A stretch of DNA of 64,000 nt from a candidate division WOR-3 bacterium (lineage in GTDB: Bacteria; Hydrothermota; Tepidihabitantia; Tepidihabitantales; Tepidihabitantaceae): NCBI GenBank assembly GCA_965648905.1, contig CBFGIT010000008.1, forward strand, positions 22,255 through 86,254, in the 5' to 3' direction. Each line of letters starts with the position of its first letter. The stretch's first letter is position 1. The position numbers were made by a program, and so were the translations under genes. Positions 36,801 to 45,764 of this stretch are shown here, piece after piece. Below the pieces are notes generated by a model that was not told where the DNA came from, did no database searches, and saw only the letters and a list, made by a program, of their open reading frames with translations.

Positions 36801-37497
36801 TGAATGATGAGTGATGAATTATGAGCGGTGAAAGATGAGTACTCAACGCGGACAGAAGCTGACAGAAAGGACGCGGGAGTTCGCGCTACGGGTGATTCGC
36901 CTGTGCTCGGAACTGCCCAAATCTACGGTTGCTCAAGTTATCGGCAAGCAGATGCTCCGGGCCGGGACATCGGTTGGCGCGCACTATCGCGAAGCCGTGC
37001 GCAGTCGGTCTGACGCAGAGTTTGTCAGCAAGCTCGAAGGCGCCCTGCAGGAAGCAGAGGAGACGCGCTACTGGCTTGAACTTCTGACAGCCGAGCGACT
37101 GGGTCCGCAGTCGGAACTTGCGGCCCTAGCGTCCGAGATTGATGAACTTGCCGCCATGCTCGTCGCCAGCGTCAAAACCGTCAAGGCACGAACGAAGCGA
37201 TAAACTCGGAATGATAAGCGATGAATTCAGCCGACAGAGAACGCGGCGGCCTGTAGGTTCGCTTCTTGCTCATCCTCAATCATTCCCTGCTCCTCGGATG
37301 ACCCGCCGCAACCGATGAATACCCCGCGTTCGTCACAAGAAATTCATCGCCTGTCTTCTCGCATCGTATGAGCACTCAGCACCCATCATTCATCACTCCG
37401 CGCTCTCCTTCAGCCTCCCCCACTCAGAACTCATCACTCATTACTCATCGTTCTCCTTCTTCCCCCACTCATAATTCATCATTCATAACTCATCACT
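36796..37497. repeat. Imperfect ~30-bp inverted repeats (27/30) flanking four-helix-bundle gene copy 2, plus additional degenerate TCATCACTCAT-type copies at 37385-37450
   Basis: Left arm 36796-36825 AGTGATGAATGATGAGTGATGAATTATGAG. Right arm 37468-37497 CTCATAATTCATCATTCATAACTCATCACT. Confidence 0.6.
36835..37203 (+). CDS. Four-helix-bundle protein (TIGR02436 / 23S rRNA intervening-sequence protein family), copy 2
   Basis: GKQMLRAGTSVGAHYREAVRSRSDAEFVSKLEGALQEAEETRYWLELL. Clear paralog of 14653..15021. Confidence 0.8.
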   Translation: MSTQRGQKLTERTREFALRVIRLCSELPKSTVAQVIGKQMLRAGTSVGAHYREAVRSRSDAEFVSKLEGALQEAEETRYWLELLTAERLGPQSELAALASEIDELAAMLVASVKTVKARTKR

Positions 37498-38047
37498 CTC
37501 CTCTCCGCCCCTACCCTACCTACAAGCCCTCCGGCATGCCGTGGCTGGCTGGCTGACACCGTGTTCGACCTGACCTACAACAAAGAAGTCGCGTAGCGAC
37601 GCCCGGTCTCAGTTCGACTCGGTCAGCCTCTCGCTAACAGCAACTGAGAGCTCCTTTGCCCCTGAACAGGACCGTAGGCCGTGCTATGAGCAATGCCTGC
37701 AGTCGTGCTTCTCGAAGTACCGGCTTGAGTGCTTGGCAGCGTGACACCAGAAGTCACTTATGCTGCACTGGCTGGTGTCACATTGCCTGTACTCGGAGCA
37801 GTTCAGGACCAGATGACGACTGCTTGGACGGTGGCGATCACGCTGGACGTGCCATTAGGATTGCCGAGACGATGGAATCGAAAGATGACACCGGCCGTTC
37901 CGAATGGAATGACATTGGGAATGCTCTAGGGAACCGCCTGCCGGACGTCCCCAATCCTCCAGTTCAGCAGTCACTTCTTTCGCATAACCGATTGACCGCT
38001 AAACCGTTAGCCGCAATCAGCCGTATGTCGCCCAGTTAGACGACTTG

Positions 38048-38353
38048 TCAGCTTGAGCTGCCGGTGCCGGTTGCGGCCTCGACTTTGTGCTTCATCGACG
38101 AAGGCTTGTCGCGCCGGTCGTCGACCTTCATCACCGTATAGATGCGCTTGCAGCCGAGACGCTCGTATTCGTCGTGAATTGAGCGGATTGCCTGAAGTAC
38201 CGGTTCCCAGTCGCCCTGGATGCAGGTTCCCATCGAATTGACCTGGTACTCAAGGCCCGAGGCCCTGACTATCTCGACTGCCCGGCGCACAAACCGGCTG
38301 ACTGATGTCTCGCCGGTGCCGGTGGGGACAACGCTGATTTCAAAGATGGGCAT
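38048..38353 (-). CDS. MTH1187/YkoF-family protein (thiamine-binding/DUF77-like)
   Basis: 101 aa. ISVVPTGTGETSVSRFV...SGLEYQVNSMGTCIQGDWEPVLQAI pattern. Confidence 0.75.
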   Translation of the reverse strand: MPIFEISVVPTGTGETSVSRFVRRAVEIVRASGLEYQVNSMGTCIQGDWEPVLQAIRSIHDEYERLGCKRIYTVMKVDDRRDKPSSMKHKVEAATGTGSSS

Positions 38354-38362
38354 CGGTCTTCC

Positions 38363-38881
38363 TCACATGAATCGCTCGAACCGGTCTTTCGAGACTTTGC
38401 AAATTGGGCATTTGTCCGGCGGCGCGTCTCGGGCACAGAGATAGCCGCAGACCTTACACCGCCAGACCGGCAAAGGCAGAGTGCGGGGAGCCTGAGTCTG
38501 TGCCGTTCCTTCCAGCCGTGAGAACCCTTCACGCATGTACTTCTCCGGCCGGCGTTCCGGGATTGACTTGTGCGGCTTGCGGCCGGCAATCCAGTCTTCG
38601 CTGACGTAGAGTGCGCAGTAGCACGCGCCAAACTCGGCCAAATCCGCATCCCGGTAGTCGCACGGACAGATGATATCCAGGTCTTTTTCCCGCGCGCCGA
38701 ACGGCAGCCGGCACGGACATGCCCAGTAGCCGTGGCGCTGCTGGTTTTCAAGCAGACCCTGAATCAGACGCAGGGTGAACTCTTTGTCCGGGTTGAGCCG
38801 GTAACCGCCTGCCTCTGCCTCGCGCTTCAGCCGCTCGTAGACCTGAACAACCTCAGCCGAAAACTGCTCAGACGCACTCAT
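38363..38881 (-). CDS. Ferredoxin:thioredoxin reductase catalytic-subunit-like protein fused to a C-terminal rubredoxin-like zinc ribbon
   Basis: FTR catalytic CPC..CPC..CHC-type cluster (WACPCRLPF...ICPCDYRD...GACYCALYV). C-terminal [10 protein letters not shown]...CPICKV. Confidence 0.7.
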   Translation of the reverse strand: MSASEQFSAEVVQVYERLKREAEAGGYRLNPDKEFTLRLIQGLLENQQRHGYWACPCRLPFGAREKDLDIICPCDYRDADLAEFGACYCALYVSEDWIAGRKPHKSIPERRPEKYMREGFSRLEGTAQTQAPRTLPLPVWRCKVCGYLCARDAPPDKCPICKVSKDRFERFM

Positions 38882-39114
38882 AGCTCAAGCAGTTCGCGGA
38901 TCCGTTCCTCGTCAAACCCGGCCACAACCTGGTCGTCAATCTTGATTGTTGGATACGAGCCGCGCGGGTTCAGCTCACGCACCCGACCGGCCATCTGCTG
39001 GCGCTCGTCCCCGGTGCACTGGTCAACGTAGATGTAGTCGTAGGCGACGCTGTTCGAATCGAGCAGTTCTTTGGTCCGGCGGCACCAGCCGCAGGTTGAC
39101 AGGGCATAGAGCAT
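38878..39114 (-). CDS. Glutaredoxin-like thioredoxin-fold protein (CxxC)
   Basis: [18 protein letters not shown]...[17 protein letters not shown]. Start set at the internal Met; the ORF track extends it to 39201. Confidence 0.65.
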   Translation of the reverse strand: MLYALSTCGWCRRTKELLDSNSVAYDYIYVDQCTGDERQQMAGRVRELNPRGSYPTIKIDDQVVAGFDEERIRELLEL

Positions 39115-39149
39115 CACGCGGTGTTTGTTGTTTGTCCCGGACTGATGAA

Positions 39150-39347
39150 CTATCGGCACAATTCTTCTCCTTCTGATTGGGGCTGGCTTTGACCGAAACA
39201 CTCAGGGCAGTCTGTCTCGCCCTTGGGCAATGGCTTGCCGCAGATTGCGCAGGTGATGACTGCAACCTGGCAGGGGGTGCAGACTGAATCGTCCTCGCCC
39301 GGCAGTCCGTCGCAGTAGGGACAGCGGCATTCAGCGTTGGACTTCAC
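39150..39347 (-). CDS. Small Cys-rich zinc-ribbon protein (65 aa)
   Basis: CRCPYCDG...CTPCQVAVITCAICGKPLPKGETDCPEC. Four CxxC pairs. Sits between iscU and the glutaredoxin-like gene. Confidence 0.4.
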   Translation of the reverse strand: MKSNAECRCPYCDGLPGEDDSVCTPCQVAVITCAICGKPLPKGETDCPECFGQSQPQSEGEELCR

Positions 39348-39721
39348 TTCGCCTCCTTGGCTTTGGCCCGGTAGTTTTCGATTGCCCGGTGCAGGGCATC
39401 TGCTCCAAGATTAGAGCAGTGGAGCTTATTGGGTGGCAGGCCGCCGAGCTCCTGGGCAACGTCGGCATTGGTTATCTTCATCGCCTCATCCAGGGTCTTG
39501 CCGATCGCCATCTCGCTAACCATCGAGGAGACCGCAATCGCCGCTCCGCACCCGAACGTCTTGAACTTCACGTCGGTGAGCACATTGTCTTTGACCGTGA
39601 TGTAGAAGGTCATCATGTCACCGCAGACCGGGTTGCCGATTTCCCCGACTCCGTCTGCGTGCTCGATTTCGCCGACATTGCGCGGGTTGCGGAAATGCTC
39701 CATCACTTTCTCAGAATACAC
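39344..39721 (-). CDS. iscU: Fe-S cluster assembly scaffold IscU/NifU-N
   Basis: GNPVCGDMM, KFKTFGCGAAIA and LPPNKLHCS give the three conserved Cys plus His. Confidence 0.9.
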   Translation of the reverse strand: MYSEKVMEHFRNPRNVGEIEHADGVGEIGNPVCGDMMTFYITVKDNVLTDVKFKTFGCGAAIAVSSMVSEMAIGKTLDEAMKITNADVAQELGGLPPNKLHCSNLGADALHRAIENYRAKAKEAK

Positions 39722-40965
39722 TAGCTCTCCTCGCTTGTGTGCTCGTCTTCTTCACAGACCTCACCCGGCCTGGTCCGGTAAGGGTCTTCGCCCCGCTCGA
39801 ACCGGGCATAGAGCGGCGACATCCGACGCAGCCGTTCAACAATCGGCGGCAGCTTTTCCAGGAAGTAGTCAACGTCGCTGTCGGTCGAATCCTTGCCCAA
39901 GGTCAGGACCAGCGAAGACTGGGCCAGAGCATGGGGCAGTCCCATTGCCAGGAGCACATGTGAAGCCTTCAGATTGCGGGCTGTGCAGGATGAACCCGAG
40001 GCGGCCCTAATGCCCTCGTCGTCGAGGAACAGAAGCATCGCCTCGCCCTCAACGAACTCAACGCACATGCTGACATGGCCGGGCAGGCGATGGTCAGGAC
40101 AACCGGTCATGACTACGTGTTTCAGCCGCTCAGGCAGCTCGGTCCGGATGCGACGACTCAACCGGGCGAGAAGTCTTGACCATTCATCAACATGGTTGCG
40201 GCAGAACTCGGCCGCGACCCCGAACCCGGCAATCGCGGCCACATTCTCGGTCCCGGCCCGCCGGTTCCGCTCCTGGAACCCACCGTCAATGAGCGGCCGA
40301 ATCGTCACCCCTTTGCGCAGATACAGGGCCGCCGCGCCGCGCGGCCCGTAGACCGACTGCGCGGCAAATGAGTAGGCATCAATCCCGAGCTCAGCAACGT
40401 CAACCGGAATCCGGCCGACCGCAGCACAGCCATCAGAGTGAAACAATACCTTGTGCGCACAGCAGGTTCGGGTCAGCTCCATCAGATTCTGAATCGTGCC
40501 GACCTCGTTGTTGGCGTGCATGACCGAAATCAGCACTGTGTCGGGTCGAACCGCGGCCTTAAGCTGGTCAGGTTGCACCGAACCGTTCCGGTCTACCGGC
40601 ACTTCGGTTACCTCAAATCCCAGTCGTCTGAGCGCGCGCGCCGGCTCCATGACAGACGCGTGTTCGATGGCCGAAACGACGATGTGCTTTCCCTTATCCA
40701 TCCGGGCCAGGGCAAGGCCTTTGACCGCAAGGTTGTTGCTTTCGGAGCCGGACGCAGTGAAGACGATTTCCTCGGGCCGGGCATTGACAAGGGCCGCAAC
40801 CTGGGCTCGTGCGGTCTCAAGAGCCTGCCTCGGCCGCTCGCCGCCCCGGTGCAGACTTGAAGGGTTGCCGTACTCTTCGGTGAGAAACTCCTGCATTGCC
40901 TCCCTTGCCTGCTCAAGTACCGGTGCTGCTGCCGCGTGGTCAAAGTTGATGTCGGGCATACTCAT
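39721..40965 (-). CDS. iscS: IscS/NifS-like class V aminotransferase-fold protein lacking the PLP-binding lysine (HK replaced by QS)
   Basis: NifS-family N-terminus and active-site loop GSSCTARNL are present. At the PLP site the sequence is IDAYSFAAQSVYGPRGAAALYLRK, where E. coli IscS has [24 protein letters not shown]. Confidence 0.8.
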   Translation of the reverse strand: MSMPDINFDHAAAAPVLEQAREAMQEFLTEEYGNPSSLHRGGERPRQALETARAQVAALVNARPEEIVFTASGSESNNLAVKGLALARMDKGKHIVVSAIEHASVMEPARALRRLGFEVTEVPVDRNGSVQPDQLKAAVRPDTVLISVMHANNEVGTIQNLMELTRTCCAHKVLFHSDGCAAVGRIPVDVAELGIDAYSFAAQSVYGPRGAAALYLRKGVTIRPLIDGGFQERNRRAGTENVAAIAGFGVAAEFCRNHVDEWSRLLARLSRRIRTELPERLKHVVMTGCPDHRLPGHVSMCVEFVEGEAMLLFLDDEGIRAASGSSCTARNLKASHVLLAMGLPHALAQSSLVLTLGKDSTDSDVDYFLEKLPPIVERLRRMSPLYARFERGEDPYRTRPGEVCEEDEHTSEES

Positions 40966-41070
40966 ATAGACGAACTGCGGGTCGGTTTCGGTTCGAAGCG
41001 CCTAGAGTCTAGTATGCCGCAAGCAGTTGTCAAACGAACATCACGCCCGAAACAGGGACGACAACACCGG

Positions 41071-41098
41071 TTGACAGCACTGACTTGCCCGGTATGAT
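41071..41098 (+). promoter_or_regulatory. Sigma70-type promoter TTGACA-16-TATGAT immediately upstream of thrS (predicts leaderless or near-leaderless mRNA)
   Basis: TTGACA 41071-41076, TATGAT 41093-41098, GTG start at 41105 (7 nt after the -10). Confidence 0.45.
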
Positions 41099-41104
41099 TG
41101 CACC

Positions 41105-43009
41105 GTGATTCGCGTTACCGTCAACGGTGCGACCCGAGAAGTCGAACCGGGCACAACTGTTGCTGAAGTGCTTGCCGACCCAACTGCCCTGGCGGCTCGA
41201 GTCGACGGCCGGCTTATCGACCTGTCGTCGCCGCTTGAAGCCGACGCCGTGGTCGAGCCGGTCAGGTTCGACTCTGAGCCAGGCCGGGACGTATTCTGGC
41301 ATTCAGCCTCGCACCTGTTGGCCCAGGCGGTCAAGCAGCTCTATCCCCAGGCCAAAGTAACCATCGGGCCGGCTGTGCCTGAGGGTTTCTACTACGACTT
41401 TGACGTGGACCCGCCGTTCACCGAGGCGGACCTGGAGAAGATTGAAACCCGGATGCGGGAGCTGGCTGCGCAGAAGATACCGGTGGTGCACAAGTGGCTT
41501 GCGCGCGACCAGGCCCTGAAGCTCTTTGCCGAGCGGGGCGAAACCTACAAGAACGAAATCATCAGCGAGCTGCCCGACGAGCAGATTTCGGTCTACGAGC
41601 AGGGCGACTTCGTCGACCTGTGCCGCGGGCCGCACGTGCCCAGCACCGGATACCTGAAGGCGGTCAAGCTGCTGAGCGTGGCCGGTGCCTACTGGCGCGC
41701 CGACGAGAAGAACCGGATGCTGTCGCGGGTCTACGGCGTGGCCTTCCCGACGCGCGAGCAGCTCAAAGAACATTTGGCCATGCTTGAGGAGGCCAAACGA
41801 CGCGACCACCGCAAGCTCGGTCCGGCCCTGGACCTCTACAGCTTCCATGAAGAAGCCGGCGCCGGCCTTGTTTTCTGGCATCCCAAGGGCGCGACGGTTC
41901 GGCGGATGATTCAGCAGTACTGGGAGCAGGAGCATCTCGCTGCCGGTTACCAGCTCGTGCTGACGCCGCACATCGCGCGCGCCGGATTGTGGCAGACCTC
42001 TGGCCACCTCGACTACTACAGCGAGAACATGTACCTGATGGACGTGGAACAGGAGCAGTACGTCCTGAAGCCGATGAACTGCCCGGGCCACATGCTTATC
42101 TACCGGACCAGAGTGCATTCGTATCGCGACCTGCCTCTGCGGATGGGCGAATGGGGCACGGTCTACCGCCGGGAACGGTCCGGCGTGCTGCACGGCATGA
42201 TGCGGGTACGCGGTTTTACCCAGGACGACGCCCATATCTTCTGCACGCCCGAACAGGTCGAGGACGAGGCGTTCGGCGTGGTCAGCCTCTCGGTGAAGAT
42301 GCTGCGGGCATTCGGGTTCGAGAAGTTCAAGGTTGACCTGTCGGTGCGCGACCCCCGACACCGGGAAAAGTACCTGGGCACGGACGAGCAATGGCAACTG
42401 GCCGAGCAGGCCCTGGTACGTGCGCTCGAACGCACCGGTCTCCCCTATCGGCGGGCTGAAGGTGAGGCGGTCTTCTACGGGCCGAAGATTGACATCAAGC
42501 TGCTCGACTCGCTCGGCCGGGAATGGCAGTGTCCGACCTGCCAGTTCGACTTCAACGAAGGGGTACGGTTCGACCTGTACTATATGGGCCAGGACGGCCA
42601 GCACCATCCGGTCTATCTTGTCCACCGTACCGTGCTCGGCGGCATCGAGCGGTTCATGGGCATTCTCGTCGAGCACTACGCCGGCGCGTTCCCGGCCTGG
42701 CTGGCGCCGGTCCAGGTGCGGGTAATGTCGGTGACCGACGCTGAGGCGGCCTATGCCGCAGCCACTGCCGACCGGCTTCAGGCTGAGGGCGTCAGGGTTG
42801 AAACCGACTTAAGAAGTGATAAAATTAGCCACAAAATCAGTGAAGCCGAACGTCAGAAAATCCCGTTCATGTTCGTGGTAGGCGGACGCGAAGCACAGTC
42901 CGGTGCGGTCGCGCTCCGGCGCCACGGCCGGGGTAATCTCGGCGCACTGCCTTTTGCCGCCGCTTTAGCCCAAGTCAAGGAGGAGATCAACGCACCCGGG
43001 TCAGAGTAG
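41105..43009 (+). CDS. thrS: Threonine--tRNA ligase
   Basis: 634 aa: TGS domain, editing domain, class II core (motifs 2/3), anticodon-binding domain. Confidence 0.95.
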   Translation: MIRVTVNGATREVEPGTTVAEVLADPTALAARVDGRLIDLSSPLEADAVVEPVRFDSEPGRDVFWHSASHLLAQAVKQLYPQAKVTIGPAVPEGFYYDFDVDPPFTEADLEKIETRMRELAAQKIPVVHKWLARDQALKLFAERGETYKNEIISELPDEQISVYEQGDFVDLCRGPHVPSTGYLKAVKLLSVAGAYWRADEKNRMLSRVYGVAFPTREQLKEHLAMLEEAKRRDHRKLGPALDLYSFHEEAGAGLVFWHPKGATVRRMIQQYWEQEHLAAGYQLVLTPHIARAGLWQTSGHLDYYSENMYLMDVEQEQYVLKPMNCPGHMLIYRTRVHSYRDLPLRMGEWGTVYRRERSGVLHGMMRVRGFTQDDAHIFCTPEQVEDEAFGVVSLSVKMLRAFGFEKFKVDLSVRDPRHREKYLGTDEQWQLAEQALVRALERTGLPYRRAEGEAVFYGPKIDIKLLDSLGREWQCPTCQFDFNEGVRFDLYYMGQDGQHHPVYLVHRTVLGGIERFMGILVEHYAGAFPAWLAPVQVRVMSVTDAEAAYAAATADRLQAEGVRVETDLRSDKISHKISEAERQKIPFMFVVGGREAQSGAVALRRHGRGNLGALPFAAALAQVKEEINAPGSE

Positions 43010-43010
43010 T

Positions 43011-43544
43011 CGAGTACCAAGAGAAGGTTTCAAGGACCGCCCCAAAGTCAATGACCAGATACGAGTACCCTATGTCCGCGTCATCGGCACCGACAAGAAG
43101 CCGATCGGCATTCTGCCGACCCGCGACGCCCTGGGTCTGGCCCGACGCCAGGACCTCGACCTGGTCATGCTTGCGCCGAACGAAGACCCGCCGGTGTGCG
43201 GCATCATGGACTTCGGCAAGTACCTCTACGAACAGAAGACCAGGCAGCGCGAGTCGAAGAAGAAGCAGCACCAGACCGAGGTCCGGGAAATGCGGATGAA
43301 GATGAAAATCGGACCGGGCGACTACGAGGTCAAGCTGCGCAAGATGCGCGAGTTCCTGGCCGAAAAGGATCGGATTCGCGTCACCCTCTGGCTGCGCGGC
43401 CGCGAAGTCGTCCACGCCGATCTGGGCATGAAGCTGATGGAGAAGATTGCCGCTGACCTCTCTGACATCGCCCGGCTGGAGGGGCAGGCCCGACAGACAA
43501 CCGAAGGCAGGAAATCAATCCAGATGATGTTGGTACCAAGATGA
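43011..43544 (+). CDS. infC: Translation initiation factor IF-3; 5' end not resolved, no ATG/GTG/TTG in frame before the conserved N-domain
   Basis: In-frame upstream translation gives KVNDQIRVPYVRVIGTDKKPIGILPTRDALGLARRQDLDLVMLAPNEDPPVCGIMDFGKYLYEQ. This aligns residue-for-residue with E. coli and B. subtilis IF3. The ORF track starts only at 43167. Confidence 0.75.
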   Translation, partial: RVPREGFKDRPKVNDQIRVPYVRVIGTDKKPIGILPTRDALGLARRQDLDLVMLAPNEDPPVCGIMDFGKYLYEQKTRQRESKKKQHQTEVREMRMKMKIGPGDYEVKLRKMREFLAEKDRIRVTLWLRGREVVHADLGMKLMEKIAADLSDIARLEGQARQTTEGRKSIQMMLVPR

Positions 43545-43735
43545 AACAACGTTCACTCAGTTCTCTGAAGAAGCGCATCAAGCGTTCTGCCCGCGGCAAG
43601 TTCGTTCACCGCCGCAGCGGCACGAGCCACAATAACGCCAGCAAGTCGAAACGCCGCAAGCGGGTCCTGCACTCGCCGACCGTGCTTGAGGGAACCCTGG
43701 CGAAACGGGTAGCGACGCTCGTGCCCTACAAGTAG
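43541..43735 (+). CDS. rpmI: 50S ribosomal protein L35
   Basis: 64 aa, basic, MKQRSLSSLKKRIKRSARGK... ATGA overlap with infC. Confidence 0.85.
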   Translation: MKQRSLSSLKKRIKRSARGKFVHRRSGTSHNNASKSKRRKRVLHSPTVLEGTLAKRVATLVPYK

Positions 43736-43748
43736 TCACGGAGGAACC

Positions 43749-44120
43749 ATGCCCAGAGTAACAACCGGTCCCTATACCAGACAACGTCGCAAGAAGTGGC
43801 TCCGTCAGGCCAAAGGCTACTGGGGCGGGAAGTCGCGGCTCTACAAGACCGCCCGACAGCAGGTGATGCACGGCCTCATCTCCTCTTACAAGGAGCGCCG
43901 CCGCAAGAAGCGCGTCTTCCGCGGCCTGATGATTACCCGGATAAATGCCGCGCTCCGGCTGCACGACTTGAGCTACAGCCGGTTCATCTGGGGACTGAAG
44001 CAGGCGGGCATTGAACTCGACCGGAGCGTTCTTTCGGAGCTCGCGATCCGCTCGCCCGACGACTTCGCCCGACTGGTCGAACAGGTTCGCTCCTTTCTGA
44101 ACACGGCCCAGTCGGCCTAG
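43749..44120 (+). CDS. rplT: 50S ribosomal protein L20
   Basis: MPRVTTGPYTRQRRKKWLRQAKGYWGGKS... is the canonical L20 N-terminus. Confidence 0.9.
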   Translation: MPRVTTGPYTRQRRKKWLRQAKGYWGGKSRLYKTARQQVMHGLISSYKERRRKKRVFRGLMITRINAALRLHDLSYSRFIWGLKQAGIELDRSVLSELAIRSPDDFARLVEQVRSFLNTAQSA

Positions 44121-44273
44121 CCGACTTCGATTTCGCCGGGGCGCCTCCGCCCTCGCTCGCCCGCTCTTTACACGTCAGGCTCTTGGAGTAGAATCTGCCA
44201 TGGTAGCAGTCTCAGCTCTACGCGGCACGGTTGCCGGTCAATGCCGGAACCAGTGCCGCGTCGGCGTCAGTAA

Positions 44274-45746
<1,473 letters not shown>

Positions 45747-45764
45747 AACTGCTGCCGAACTCCC

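Noticed and set aside
37370-37500. Possible CRISPR array suggested by repeated TCATCACTCAT-like units
   Set aside because: The units are 10-15 bp, degenerate and contiguous without unique spacers. They are better explained as one arm of the inverted repeat flanking the four-helix-bundle gene.
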